Positions 1-9,878 of a stretch of 58,744 bases of DNA are shown one piece after another. Each line of letters starts with the position of its first letter. Positions within the stretch are counted from its first letter, which is position 1. Source of the DNA: Spirochaetaceae bacterium. GTDB lineage: Bacteria > Spirochaetota > Spirochaetia > DSM-27196 > SLAA01. The stretch lies in assembly GCA_003556605.1 (NCBI GenBank), contig PWQX01000121.1, positions 1 to 58,744 of the forward strand, written 5' to 3'. The position numbers were made by a program, and so were the translations under genes. Under the pieces are notes generated by a model, which was given only the letters and a program-made list of their open reading frames with translations, was not told the DNA's origin and did not search any database.

Positions 1-2
1 CG

Positions 3-512
3 CCGGTTTTCTGGTTGGCCTTGATGCTGCAACTGCTGTTCTCTGTGCAGCTCGCGTGGCTTCCGTCTACCGGAATGGGAACGCCCGCCCATTTGGTGCT
101 GCCCTCGGTGACTCTTGGCGCGGCAAGCGCCGGGCTGTTTGCCCGTATTACCCGGTCGAGTATGCTCGAGGTGCTGAGGGAGGACTATGTTACCACGGCG
201 CGCGCAAAGGGCTTAGCCGAGAACAGGGTGGTTTACAAACACGCACTGAAGAGCGCGATGATCCCGGTGGTCACGGTGCTGGGGCTGCAGTTCGGAATCC
301 TCTTGGGCGGCGCGGTGCTCACCGAGACGGTGTTCGCCTGGCCCGGCATTGGTCGCTTACTGGTGGATTCGATCCTGCGGCGCGATTATCCGGTGGTGCA
401 AGCGACGGTAATGATGCTCGCGTTTCTATTTGTGATTATCAACCTGGTGGTCGATATCGCCTACGCGTTCCTGGACCCACGCATTCAGTATCAGAGCGGT
501 CAAGGTGAGTAG
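3..512 (+). CDS. Peptide/nickel ABC transporter permease (DppB/OppB type), 5'-truncated by window edge
   Basis: The ORF is open to the window start. The C-terminal half is a binding-protein-dependent permease (TTARAKGL...VVYKHALKSAMIPVVT EAA-loop region, then hydrophobic TM segments). Cognate DppC/D/F-type genes follow. Confidence 0.85.
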   Translation, partial: PVFWLALMLQLLFSVQLAWLPSTGMGTPAHLVLPSVTLGAASAGLFARITRSSMLEVLREDYVTTARAKGLAENRVVYKHALKSAMIPVVTVLGLQFGILLGGAVLTETVFAWPGIGRLLVDSILRRDYPVVQATVMMLAFLFVIINLVVDIAYAFLDPRIQYQSGQGE

Positions 513-533
513 CGGCGCTTCCCGGGGAGCAGC

Positions 534-1469
534 ATGGATACGGTAGAGCGGATGAATAATCATTACGCCGGTGCTGGTCGCGGGTGGCCGGCATTGAAGT
601 ACGCCCAACTGCGGCACTGGTTCGGCAACAGCGAGTGGAGTCAGGTGGCTCGCCACTTGCTGCGCAATCGTGGAGCGGTGATCGGACTCGTGATCATCGG
701 GACCTTCGTGATGGCTTCGGTATTCGCGCCTTACCTCGCGACGCACAACCCGCTCGAGACGTCACTGACCACCCGCTTGATGTCGCCAGGCAGCGAGCAT
801 TGGCTGGGGTCGGATGAGCTCGGGCGCGATCTTTACAGCCGCATGCTGTACGGCGGGCGTATATCGCTTAACATTGGAATCATATCGGTGTTGATCGGCG
901 TGGCAATTGGGGTACCCATAGGAGCGATCAGCGGGTACTACGGCGGCAAGCTCGACATCATCACGCAGCGCTTCATCGATATTATGATTGCGTTTCCCGG
1001 CATCTTGCTCGCAATCGTTGTCGTAGCGGTGCTCGGCGTTGGGGTGCAGAATGTGATGATCGCCACCGGCATCGCGAGTGTGCCGGTGTATGCGCGTTTG
1101 GTGCGAGGCTCGGTGTTGTCGGTGAAAGAGCAGAGCTACGTAAAGGCCGCGCGCGCCGCCGGGATCTCCGACGCCGCGATTATCTTTCGGCATGTGCTGC
1201 CGAACTGCTTGGCGCCCATTATCGTGCAAAGCACGTTCCAGATCGCCACCGCAATTCTCTGGGCGGCAGGCTTGAGTTTTCTCGGGCTGGGCGCGCAAGC
1301 GCCTATGCCGGAGTGGGGGCGTATTCTCAGCCAAGGGCGCGGGTTCATGCGGACCGCGGCGCATCTCACGACTTTCCCGGGTATGGCGATTCTACTGATG
1401 GTGTTGGGCTTCAATTTGCTCGGTGACGGCTTGCGCGATGCGCTCGACCCCAAGAGCCGCGGACGCTGA
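534..1469 (+). CDS. Peptide/nickel ABC transporter permease (DppC/OppC type)
   Basis: 311-aa multi-TM ORF with an EAA-like loop (SYVKAARAAGISDAAIIFRHVLPN). It sits in operon position between a permease and ATPases. Confidence 0.9.
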   Translation: MDTVERMNNHYAGAGRGWPALKYAQLRHWFGNSEWSQVARHLLRNRGAVIGLVIIGTFVMASVFAPYLATHNPLETSLTTRLMSPGSEHWLGSDELGRDLYSRMLYGGRISLNIGIISVLIGVAIGVPIGAISGYYGGKLDIITQRFIDIMIAFPGILLAIVVVAVLGVGVQNVMIATGIASVPVYARLVRGSVLSVKEQSYVKAARAAGISDAAIIFRHVLPNCLAPIIVQSTFQIATAILWAAGLSFLGLGAQAPMPEWGRILSQGRGFMRTAAHLTTFPGMAILLMVLGFNLLGDGLRDALDPKSRGR

Positions 1470-1488
1470 GCTGAGGCAAGGGACGTGC

Positions 1489-2508
1489 ATGAATAGCTTG
1501 TTGGAAATCCGCGATCTGCAGATGAGCTTCTACACCGAAGCCGGTGTTGTACGGGCGGTTGACGGTGTGTCTTTTGATATCAAGCCGGGCGAGGTTGTGG
1601 GTGTCGTCGGCGAGAGCGGCTGTGGGAAAACGGCGTTGTCGCTCACCATTTTGCAGCTATTGCCCTCTCCGCCCGCTCGTGTCGACCGAGGGGAGATTCG
1701 CTTCAACGGTCGCAACCTGCTCGAGCTGTCAGGGACGGCGATCCGCCGAATTCGCGGTAACGAAATCGCGATGGTGTTTCAGGAGCCTATGACTAGCCTT
1801 AATCCGGTGTTTACGATCGGCGACCAGCTTACCGAGGCGATTCGTCTTCATCAAGGCGTTTCTCAATCCGAGGCGCGGGAGCGCGGGATCGAAATGCTGC
1901 GTGTGGTCGGTATCCCGCGGGCCGACGAGGTGATCGATGAATACCCTCATCGCTTTTCGGGAGGTATGCGCCAGCGTGCTATGATCGCAATGGCACTCAG
2001 CTGTAACCCAAAGCTGCTGATTGCCGACGAGCCGACTACCGCGCTTGATGTCACCATACAGGCTCAGATCCTCGATTTGATGCGTAAACTGAAGGAGCGC
2101 ATCAACACCGCGATAATGTTTATCACCCACGATCTGAGCGTGATCGCCGAGATGGCTGATCGGGTGGTGGTGATGTATGCCGGGAAAATTGTGGAACAAG
2201 GGGATGTCGTCACGATCTTTCACGATCCTAAACACCCCTATACGCAGGGGCTGATCGGCTCGCGTCCAAGCCTCGAGCACGATCAGGAGCGGCTGGTGTT
2301 TATCCCCGGCAACGTGCCCAGCCCTCTAGATATGCCGAGCGGATGTCCGTTCCACCCACGCTGCCCCTACGCGATGCGGATCTGTGCGCGCGGGATGCCG
2401 CCGCAGCGGGCTTTGCAGGCCGGTCACAATGCGGCGTGCTGGTTGCACGAGCGCAAGAGCGCGGCCGACGGCGAGCCGCTTGAGACGCCCGCGGGAGTTG
2501 AGCGATGA
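1489..2508 (+). CDS. Peptide ABC transporter ATP-binding protein (DppD/OppD type)
   Basis: Walker A GESGCGKT, signature FSGGMRQR, Walker [13 protein letters not shown], and a C-terminal oligopeptide-ABC Cys motif [10 protein letters not shown] moved the start to ATG 1489 ([10 protein letters not shown]). Confidence 0.9.
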   Translation: MNSLLEIRDLQMSFYTEAGVVRAVDGVSFDIKPGEVVGVVGESGCGKTALSLTILQLLPSPPARVDRGEIRFNGRNLLELSGTAIRRIRGNEIAMVFQEPMTSLNPVFTIGDQLTEAIRLHQGVSQSEARERGIEMLRVVGIPRADEVIDEYPHRFSGGMRQRAMIAMALSCNPKLLIADEPTTALDVTIQAQILDLMRKLKERINTAIMFITHDLSVIAEMADRVVVMYAGKIVEQGDVVTIFHDPKHPYTQGLIGSRPSLEHDQERLVFIPGNVPSPLDMPSGCPFHPRCPYAMRICARGMPPQRALQAGHNAACWLHERKSAADGEPLETPAGVER

Positions 2509-3575
2509 GTGAGCCGGCGACGCGTAAGGCCGAACGCGCGAGTGCGGTTTCGGAATCAAACGAGGCGGTGCTGGCAGTTCGCAACCTCAAGAAGTACTTT
2601 CCGATCAAGACCGGTGTGTTGAGCCGCGTAACCGGATACGTCAGGGCCGTCGACGATGTGAGCTTCGGCATCTATCCCGGCGAGACCTTTGCGTTGGTTG
2701 GTGAGAGCGGCTGCGGTAAGAGCACCACCGGCCAGGTGCTGTTGCGCTTGTTGCTGGCGACCGCCGGGTCTGTGCATTTCCGAGGCGAGGATGTGTTCGC
2801 TGCGACCGGGGAACGCATGCGCAGACTCCGAAAGCAGATGCAGATCGTGTTTCAAGACCCGTACAGCGCGTTGAATCCGCGCATGACGGTGGGCGCGGCT
2901 ATCCGCGAGATCCTCCAGGTTCACAACATTGCCCGCGGTGAGGAGGCCTTCGAGAAGGCCCAAGAGGTGCTGGTGCGCTGCGGGCTCGATGCTCAGCACG
3001 TAGGACGTTATCCACATGAGTTCTCGGGAGGTCAGCGGCAACGCGTGGTGATCGCGCGGGCGCTGGCGCTGGAGCCGAGCTTCATCGTCGCCGACGAGCC
3101 GATTTCGGCCTTGGATGTGAGCATCCAGAGCCAGATCATCAATCTGCTGGAAGACCTGCAAGATGAGTTTGGGCTCACGTATCTTTTTATCAGCCACGAC
3201 CTGAGCGTTGTCAAGCACATCGGCGATCGCGTGGGGGTGATGTACCTCGGTAAGCTGGTCGAGATCGGCGGTAAACGCGAGTTCTACCACGAACCGCTGC
3301 ATCCGTACAGTCAGGCGTTGCTATCAGCTGTTCCGGTAAGTGATCCGTTGATCAAGAAGAAACGGATCATTCTCGCCGGCGATGTGCCGAGCCCGGCGAA
3401 TCCGCCGCCCGGGTGCTCCTTTCATCCGCGCTGCCCTTACGCGATGAATGTCTGCATGGCCCTGGTTCCGCAGCTCAAACCCACCGAGAGCGGCCGCTAC
3501 GCTGCCTGCCACCTGGTGCATCCGCCGGATGCGGATGCGGTTCGTGAGGCAAGCAACCGCGACGCCCACTATTGA
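2505..3575 (+). CDS. Peptide ABC transporter ATP-binding protein (DppF/OppF type)
   Basis: Walker A GESGCGKST, signature FSGGQRQR, Walker B FIVADEPISALD, GCSFHPRCP. The start overlaps the upstream stop as ATGA. Confidence 0.9.
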   Translation: MSEPATRKAERASAVSESNEAVLAVRNLKKYFPIKTGVLSRVTGYVRAVDDVSFGIYPGETFALVGESGCGKSTTGQVLLRLLLATAGSVHFRGEDVFAATGERMRRLRKQMQIVFQDPYSALNPRMTVGAAIREILQVHNIARGEEAFEKAQEVLVRCGLDAQHVGRYPHEFSGGQRQRVVIARALALEPSFIVADEPISALDVSIQSQIINLLEDLQDEFGLTYLFISHDLSVVKHIGDRVGVMYLGKLVEIGGKREFYHEPLHPYSQALLSAVPVSDPLIKKKRIILAGDVPSPANPPPGCSFHPRCPYAMNVCMALVPQLKPTESGRYAACHLVHPPDADAVREASNRDAHY

Positions 3576-3591
3576 TCTATGCGTGCGCGCG

Positions 3592-4674
3592 CTAAACGTT
3601 GAAGCGAACGTTGATAATATCGCCGTCCTGAACGAGATAGCTCCTGCCTTCTACTCGCAAGCGGCCGGCAGCTTTCACCGCCTTTTCCGAGCCGCATTCC
3701 ACGAGATCGTCGTAACTGAACACCTCAGCGCGAATAAAACCTCGCGCTAAGTCTGAGTGAACCACGCCGGCAGCGTCAACCGCAGTCTCTCCTTTTCGGA
3801 TCGTCCAAGCGCGAACCTCATCGGGCCCAACGGTAAAAAAACTGATATACCCCAGCGTGTGGTACGCAAAAGTAGTGAGGCGTGTCCGGGCCGAGGCGTG
3901 TATACCGAAATCTTGCATGAACGCCTCACGCTCTTCTTGGTCCTCCAGGCGGCTGAGCTCCATCTCGAAGTTTCCGGCGAACTCTACCACCGGGTAGTAT
4001 TCCTCGATCGCGGTCAGCGTCTCGCCGCTATCGCCGTAGTTGTCTTCGCTCGAGTTGAGTAACACGAAAACGGGTTTCGCGCTGAGAAACTGAAAGCCCG
4101 ACAATACCTTGTGATCGTCGGGCGTGAGTTCTAGCGTCCTCACCGGTTGCGCTTCGCTGAGCTGGTTCACAACCCGTCTTACAAGCTGTTCCTCGTTCTG
4201 CAGTACCGGGGTCTTCTTGCCTCGCAGGAGATCCGCGCGGATACGCTCAAGGCGCCGCTCGGCGACTATCTGATCGGCGAGCAGTAACTCGGTTGTTATG
4301 GTGTCGAGCTCTGCGAGGGGATCCGGATCACCGTATGTTTGGCTGATCACCTCGTCGTCGAAATTGCGTGCTACAATTGACAAGGCGTCGGCGTTCTTGA
4401 TCATCTGCATGCCCTCACTTGAGAACACACCCTGGCCGGCGGCACCTGCGGTTAGGCCGACGAAATCAACGAATTGGATCGTGGCGTAAATCGGGCGCTT
4501 GGGCCGGTACATCTGCGCGAGCTTTGCCAAGCGCTCGTCTAACACCTCAACTACCGCTACGTTAGGCTCGGCCTTTTGCGAGACGTACTCGGAGATTTCG
4601 GCGGACTGACCGGTGAGCGTATTGAAAATCGTTGTCTTCCCCGACTTCGGTAAACCGATGAGACCGATATTCAT
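3592..4674 (-). CDS. ychF: Redox-regulated ATPase YchF (Obg-family P-loop protein)
   Basis: 360 aa. N-terminal G1 motif IGLIGLPKSGKTTIFNTLTG, YchF-type length, and a TGS-like C-terminal end. Confidence 0.9.
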   Translation of the reverse strand: MNIGLIGLPKSGKTTIFNTLTGQSAEISEYVSQKAEPNVAVVEVLDERLAKLAQMYRPKRPIYATIQFVDFVGLTAGAAGQGVFSSEGMQMIKNADALSIVARNFDDEVISQTYGDPDPLAELDTITTELLLADQIVAERRLERIRADLLRGKKTPVLQNEEQLVRRVVNQLSEAQPVRTLELTPDDHKVLSGFQFLSAKPVFVLLNSSEDNYGDSGETLTAIEEYYPVVEFAGNFEMELSRLEDQEEREAFMQDFGIHASARTRLTTFAYHTLGYISFFTVGPDEVRAWTIRKGETAVDAAGVVHSDLARGFIRAEVFSYDDLVECGSEKAVKAAGRLRVEGRSYLVQDGDIINVRFNV

Positions 4675-4873
4675 GTCACTTCGAATAATGCACGATCACA
4701 CCCAGTTCGGCAATAACGCTCGATAGCCTGGTAGCGGCTTGACGCTTGAGCGAGTGTTTCGCCGAATGATGGGCATGCTCGACGCGCTGTACCAAGTGCT
4801 GGTAATCGCCGTAGGGAGCGTTTACAATGAACGCTGAGCGTTTACCGCAGAACGTGAAGCAAGGGGGGATGAA

Positions 4874-5719
4874 ATGATCGACATCACAGCCGATCAACTA
4901 AGTGAGTTGGCGCTGCACTACGGCCAACGCGTGCTGGTGGCGATCCTGGTGTACATTCTGGGCCGCATGATTGTCGGTGGAATAATGCGCTTCGTACGCC
5001 GGTCGTTTGAGCTGAAGAAAGACCTTGATCCGACTGTTAAGTCGTTCCTCGATTCGGTGATACGCACTGTGCTCATGATCATGGTGGTGTTGACGGTGTT
5101 TCAGAACTTGGGGGTTGCGCTGACGTCGTTCATCGCCGTTCTCGGTGCCGCGACCCTGGCAGCTGGGCTGGCGTTTCAGGGCAGCCTGTCGAACTTCGCA
5201 GGAGGGGTGCTAATTCTGCTATTTCGTCCCTTCAGTGTTGGTGACTTCATTGATACCGGCGCAACGATGGGTACGGTTGTCGACATCAAGATCCTGTACA
5301 CCGCTTTGAACACTCTCGACAACAAACGAGTGCTTATACCCAACGGCGGGTTAGCAAACACCAGTGTCACCAATTTCAGCGTCAACCCAACACGGCGTGT
5401 GGACCTGGTGTACGGTGTATCCTATGCCGACGACATCGACGCGGTGAAAGCGCTGCTTGAACGGTTGGTATCGGAGAACGAGCTGATCCTGCAAGATCCG
5501 GCACCCATGATCGGCGTTCTGGAGCACGGCGACAGCGCGATTAAGGTTGCGGTCCGCGTCTGGGTCAAGCGTGAGAACTTCTTGACCGTGACCTTCAGCT
5601 TAAACGAAACGGTAAAGAAGGCGTTCGACGAAAACGGCATCTCAATTCCGTTTCCGCAGCGCGACGTGCATCTGTATCAGCACAGCGGTGTGCAGCCGGC
5701 GGAACCGGGACAGGCATAG
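4874..5719 (+). CDS. Small-conductance mechanosensitive channel (MscS family)
   Basis: 281 aa. Three N-terminal TM helices, then an MscS beta-domain signature (LFRPFSVGDFIDTGATMGTVVDIKILYTAL...NKRVLIPNG). Confidence 0.85.
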   Translation: MIDITADQLSELALHYGQRVLVAILVYILGRMIVGGIMRFVRRSFELKKDLDPTVKSFLDSVIRTVLMIMVVLTVFQNLGVALTSFIAVLGAATLAAGLAFQGSLSNFAGGVLILLFRPFSVGDFIDTGATMGTVVDIKILYTALNTLDNKRVLIPNGGLANTSVTNFSVNPTRRVDLVYGVSYADDIDAVKALLERLVSENELILQDPAPMIGVLEHGDSAIKVAVRVWVKRENFLTVTFSLNETVKKAFDENGISIPFPQRDVHLYQHSGVQPAEPGQA

Positions 5720-6044
5720 TCCCGCGCGTTGTCGGCTCGCAGCTGAAGTTGGCAGCGGATCGCGTGATGACCGTTTCGGGCGGCATTGGGCTCTCGTTTG
5801 AGTTGATTGAACAGCGTACCGGTCCTCCCGCTTAATCGGTGCGTTGACGCGGCGGTGACTGAACACGGTGCCTTGTGGTGCGAACGCCGCTGACCGGTTT
5901 CTCAGGACCCGAGAGCGAGGTGCCGGAGCCTCTTGAGCCGTTGCGGGGTGAACTTGTCGGCAAGGGGTACTTAGTTTCATCTTTACCATGTAACGTGATA
6001 AGCTCTGGATCTAATAGTACAACAGCGGCACAACGGAGGCTGAT

Positions 6045-6638
6045 ATGGGAGAGATAAAGAGCGCTTTAGAGCTTGCGCTGGAAAAAACCGAGGATGTGCA
6101 GGGTGATCGCAAGAGCTTGGCGATGCACGAGCACAAGCAGATCGGCAAGCGGCTGGTGTCTAAAGTCATTGACGCCGAAGAGGTGGATCTGGCGACGGAG
6201 TTCGCGCGGTATGACGCTGAGAAGCAGTCGTGGGTTAAGCAGGGGTTTTTTGAGGTGCTCTTGATTAACATCAAGCTGCCGAACGACGACGTTGAGCTAC
6301 AGCGCATCCGGCGCCTGGAGCACGGTTTCAAAGCGGTCATACGCGACACCAAGCAGTTGCGAGAGCTGTTCAAGCAACTGGATTCGCTACTCGAGCAATA
6401 CCTCGAGAATCGGCGCCAGATGATAGAAGCGATCCGCCAGCAGTTCGAGGGACGCATACGCCAGAAAGAGCAAGAGATGCAGCGGCAGATGGGCTCGCAG
6501 GTACGTTTGGACCCGGCCAGCGATCCAGAGTTTGCGCAGTACCTGCGCGAGAACATGAATCGGCTGCAGGAACAGTATAGCGGTGTGCTCGATCAGGTGA
6601 AGCAGCAACTGCAACAGCTGTTCGACAGCGGACGATAG
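6045..6638 (+). CDS. Hypothetical coiled-coil protein (197 aa)
   Basis: GGAGG sits 6 nt upstream of the ATG. The protein is Q/E/R/L-rich with predicted helical/coiled-coil character and no TM segment. I recognise no family. It lies 32 nt upstream of the patatin gene. Confidence 0.6.
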   Translation: MGEIKSALELALEKTEDVQGDRKSLAMHEHKQIGKRLVSKVIDAEEVDLATEFARYDAEKQSWVKQGFFEVLLINIKLPNDDVELQRIRRLEHGFKAVIRDTKQLRELFKQLDSLLEQYLENRRQMIEAIRQQFEGRIRQKEQEMQRQMGSQVRLDPASDPEFAQYLRENMNRLQEQYSGVLDQVKQQLQQLFDSGR

Positions 6639-6670
6639 CGTCTGTGTCGTTGTTGTGATATCCGGTATAC

Positions 6671-7759
6671 GTGCTCAGACGATATACGCATCGATATAAG
6701 CGAACGGTACGGATACTCTCGATCGACGGCGGCGGTATCCGCGGGTTGATCCCTGCGCTCCTGCTGTACGAGACCTATCGTCGAATCCGACTGCGTACAG
6801 GGGACCGTCGCCGGACTCCGCGGATTCACGAGCTGTTCGACCTGGTTGCCGGCACCTCAACCGGCGGGCTGATTGCGTTGGGGCTATGCGCTCCGGAGCA
6901 AAGCTCCTACTCCGGCGACGGTAGTGCAGGCGCCGAAAGCAGGGCAGAGCGCGTTGCGTCGCATCCGGCGGTAACGATTGAACGGATTATCGAAATCTAC
7001 ACGCGGTACGGAGTTCAGGTGTTCCCGCGTTGGAAATTTAGCCGGCTGAGGACCGTGCTGCAGGCTTTCGGAGAGAAGTACGAAGCTGCGCCGTACGAAC
7101 GGCTGCTGCGGGTTTTGTTCGGCGACTTGAGGGTCAGCGAGGCACTTACTAATTTGCTGATCACCAGCTACGATACCGAGCGACGCACCCCGTTTTTTTT
7201 CAAGCGTCGCCCCGCCCATTATCAGCGATCGGATGACCGTGATTTCCTGATGCGTGACGCTGCTCGGGCGTCGTCAGCCGCCCCAACGTTTTTTGAGCCT
7301 GCCTATATCCGCCCGGTCGATGGCCACAATCGCGAGTATTACTGTCTCGTAGATGGGGCGATCTTCGCTGCGAACCCGGCGATGTGTGCGTATATTGAGG
7401 CGCGGAAGATGTATCCGCGGGCGCGCAGGTTCGTGATTGTATCGCTGGGAACCGGTAAGCGCACCCGTCAGTTTACCTATCGCGAGATGCGCAATTGGGG
7501 TTACATCGACTGGGTATCGCCGGCTAAAGGGGTTCCGCTGTCTTCAATGACTACCGAGGGAATCGCCGAAGCCGTCAACTACCAGCTTAACAAGCTACCC
7601 GGTGTATATTACTATCGGTTCAATGGGTTGCTACATGGTGCTTCCGAGGCTATGGATGATGCCGGTGAAGAGAATATCGACGCGTTGTTCACGGTATCGC
7701 GTCGCATTATCGAAGAAAACACCGAGCGACTCGATGAAGTCATTCGCGCGATCGTATGA
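6671..7759 (+). CDS. Patatin-like phospholipase
   Basis: Oxyanion motif SIDGGGIRG, nucleophile elbow AGTSTGG (GxSxG), and catalytic Asp motif VDGAIFAANP. The GTG start is inferred because no ATG lies upstream of the conserved core. Confidence 0.85.
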   Translation: MLRRYTHRYKRTVRILSIDGGGIRGLIPALLLYETYRRIRLRTGDRRRTPRIHELFDLVAGTSTGGLIALGLCAPEQSSYSGDGSAGAESRAERVASHPAVTIERIIEIYTRYGVQVFPRWKFSRLRTVLQAFGEKYEAAPYERLLRVLFGDLRVSEALTNLLITSYDTERRTPFFFKRRPAHYQRSDDRDFLMRDAARASSAAPTFFEPAYIRPVDGHNREYYCLVDGAIFAANPAMCAYIEARKMYPRARRFVIVSLGTGKRTRQFTYREMRNWGYIDWVSPAKGVPLSSMTTEGIAEAVNYQLNKLPGVYYYRFNGLLHGASEAMDDAGEENIDALFTVSRRIIEENTERLDEVIRAIV

Positions 7760-7825
7760 CCTCGCTCGGGAACTAGAGTCGGCCCTTGCCCTCGGTGTGT
7801 CGGGTGTGGCCGCTGGGAAGAGGCG

Positions 7826-8980
7826 ATGAGCTACCCACTAATGCGACTGGGTGTGATCGGTGGAGGTCAGCTCGGGCGCATGCTGATCGCCGCGGCGCGC
7901 GAGCTCGGTGTCGCGGTGAGCGTTCTCGATCCTGATCCCGAGGCCGCCTGCGCTGTTGTCGCCGATAGGTTTTTTGTCGGCGATCTCACCGATGCTTCCG
8001 CAGTCACAGCGCTTGCCGAGCAATGCGATGTGCTGACCTACGAAATAGAACACATCAATGTCTCGGCTCTGCAGGCACTGGCCGAGCGCGTCACCCTTGT
8101 TCGCCCCGCTCCGCAGGTCTTGGCGATTATTCAGGACAAGCTGGTTCAGAAGCAGCATCTGGCAGCTCGCGGGGTGCCGGTGCCCGAGTTTACCGCGGGC
8201 CGTCCGGGAGAGTCGGCGGAGGCGGCGGCCGAGCGGCTGGGGTATCCGTGTGTTTTCAAGGCGCGCCGCGGCGGCTACGACGGGCATGGCGTGCTGGTGT
8301 GCCGAGATCGGTCTGAGCTCGAGCGGGCCGGGGTTGATGCGGGGTGGGACGCCTCCGGCTGGTATTTGGAACGCTACGTACCCGAGCTTCGTGAGCCGGC
8401 GGTGGTGGTGGCACGGAGCGTGGAGGGGACGCTTGAGGTGTACCCGCCGTTTGAAATGATGTTTCACCCCGAAAGAAACATATGCGATGCGGTTATCGTA
8501 CCGGCCCGGCTCCCGGGGCAGGCACGTGATCGGGCTGCCGAAGTTGCTGTAGCGGCTGCGGAGAGCTTTGGGAGTGCCGGTCTGTTCGCGGTGGAGCTGT
8601 TTCTCTCGCGCGACGGCGCGATTACCGTCAATGAGATCGCCCCCCGGCCTCACAACTCGGGGCACGTTACGATCGAGTCCTGCGTTACCAGTCAGTTCGA
8701 GCAGCATCTGCGCGCAGTATGCGGTTTTCCGCTCGGTTCAAGCGCGTTGTTGTCGCCGGGCGCTATGGTCAACCTCCTGGCGCAATCCGGTGCCGGTGGT
8801 CCGGCTCGGATAGCAGGGGTTTCCGAGGCGCTGGCATTCGCCGGTGTGCACCTGCATCTGTACGGCAAGCAGCGTTCACGGGCAGGACGTAAAATGGGCC
8901 ACGTGACCGCGCTCGCCGGTAGTACCGAGGAAGCACTGAGACGAGCGCGCGCAGCTGCCGCTGCGGTGCGCATTACCTGA
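7826..8980 (+). CDS. purK: N5-carboxyaminoimidazole ribonucleotide synthase
   Basis: ATP-grasp protein of 384 aa ([12 protein letters not shown]..., [29 protein letters not shown]), immediately upstream of purE. Confidence 0.9.
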   Translation: MSYPLMRLGVIGGGQLGRMLIAAARELGVAVSVLDPDPEAACAVVADRFFVGDLTDASAVTALAEQCDVLTYEIEHINVSALQALAERVTLVRPAPQVLAIIQDKLVQKQHLAARGVPVPEFTAGRPGESAEAAAERLGYPCVFKARRGGYDGHGVLVCRDRSELERAGVDAGWDASGWYLERYVPELREPAVVVARSVEGTLEVYPPFEMMFHPERNICDAVIVPARLPGQARDRAAEVAVAAAESFGSAGLFAVELFLSRDGAITVNEIAPRPHNSGHVTIESCVTSQFEQHLRAVCGFPLGSSALLSPGAMVNLLAQSGAGGPARIAGVSEALAFAGVHLHLYGKQRSRAGRKMGHVTALAGSTEEALRRARAAAAAVRIT

Positions 8981-9017
8981 CGCTGTAAAGAGGTCAGGGA
9001 AAGTATCGGAGGCAATC

Positions 9018-9554
9018 ATGAGTGACGAGAAGACGAGCCCGTCCGCCGTACCGCTGGTCGGGGTGATCATGGGGAGCGACTCCGATTGGCCGGTGATGCG
9101 ACGGGCTGTTGAAGTGCTGCAAGAGCTCGAACTTCCCTGTGAGTACCGCATTGTTTCGGCGCACCGAACGCCTGACCGGATGCGCGCGTACGCGCACAGC
9201 GCCGCCGGGCGCGGTTTGCACGTTATTATCGCCGGCGCCGGCGGCTCGGCGCATCTGCCGGGAATGGTGGCGGCGATGACCGCGCTGCCGGTAATTGGGG
9301 TGCCGGTGCGCGGCTCGAGTCTGGACGGCTTAGATTCGCTGTTGTCAATCGTGCAGATGCCGCGCGGAATTCCGGTGGCGACCGTGGCAATCAACAACGC
9401 GGAGAACGCGGCGCTGTTAGCCGCCCGCGTGATCGGTACGGTCGACGCCGCGGTGCGCGAGCGGGTAATGCAGCGCATGGAGAGGGCGGCGGACGCGGTC
9501 ATACGCTCGGACGACGAGCTGCGCACCTCCGGAGCTTCCGGACAAGCTGGGTAA
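9018..9554 (+). CDS. purE: N5-carboxyaminoimidazole ribonucleotide mutase
   Basis: [36 protein letters not shown] and VIGVPV motifs typical of class I PurE. Confidence 0.9.
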   Translation: MSDEKTSPSAVPLVGVIMGSDSDWPVMRRAVEVLQELELPCEYRIVSAHRTPDRMRAYAHSAAGRGLHVIIAGAGGSAHLPGMVAAMTALPVIGVPVRGSSLDGLDSLLSIVQMPRGIPVATVAINNAENAALLAARVIGTVDAAVRERVMQRMERAADAVIRSDDELRTSGASGQAG

Positions 9555-9557
9555 GCC

Positions 9558-9878
9558 GTGTCGAGTTACGGGTTTTACCTGTTTGTGGACGCAATCCGGG
9601 ATCTAGTCGAGGCACTTGCTCCGGTCTTGGTGGTTCTGGTGTTTGCTCTGTCGGCTCTAGTTGCGTGGCGCTGGTATCTCGCGCGAAACGCCGGTTTCGC
9701 TACCGAGCGCCTGGATGCGTTGGAGACAAGGGTGCGAGAGCTCGAGCGCACCGCCTTAGGCGGCCGAGTAACGGTCGGCGAGCATGCGCCAGAGCACCGC
9801 GAACAGTCCGGCGAGGATTGGCCCGACCAAGAACCCGATGATGCCCAGCCGCGTGATCCCCCCGAGGGTGGAGAGTAA
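9558..9878 (+). CDS. Hypothetical small single-TM protein (weak call)
   Basis: GTG start 3 nt after the purE stop. One clear TM segment (LAPVLVVLVFALSALVAWRWYL), then a short helical stretch. The last ~120 nt overlap the 3' end of the convergent AI-2E gene, so the C-terminus is doubtful. Confidence 0.3.
   Translation: MSSYGFYLFVDAIRDLVEALAPVLVVLVFALSALVAWRWYLARNAGFATERLDALETRVRELERTALGGRVTVGEHAPEHREQSGEDWPDQEPDDAQPRDPPEGGE

Noticed and set aside
4676-4897. 73-aa minus-strand ORF ending 1 nt before the ychF start.
   Set aside because: It overlaps the divergent mscS start, has no RBS and no recognisable fold or motif, and has an odd His/Cys-rich composition. It is probably promoter DNA.
6671-7759. 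The patatin gene as a CBASS (CapV-type) effector.
   Set aside because: No CD-NTase/cyclase, E1/E2/JAB or other CBASS component is adjacent. The only partner is an unrelated coiled-coil protein.
7838-8707. Long antisense or out-of-frame ORFs inside well-supported genes. Examples: 762-1364(-), 2556-3302(-), 7838-8707(-), 26161-26808(-), 42364-43197(+), 44189-44800(-), 49345-50103(+).
   Set aside because: These are typical GC-rich shadow frames. They are Arg/Pro/Ala/Ser-rich with no motifs, and they fully overlap genes that have clear family signatures.
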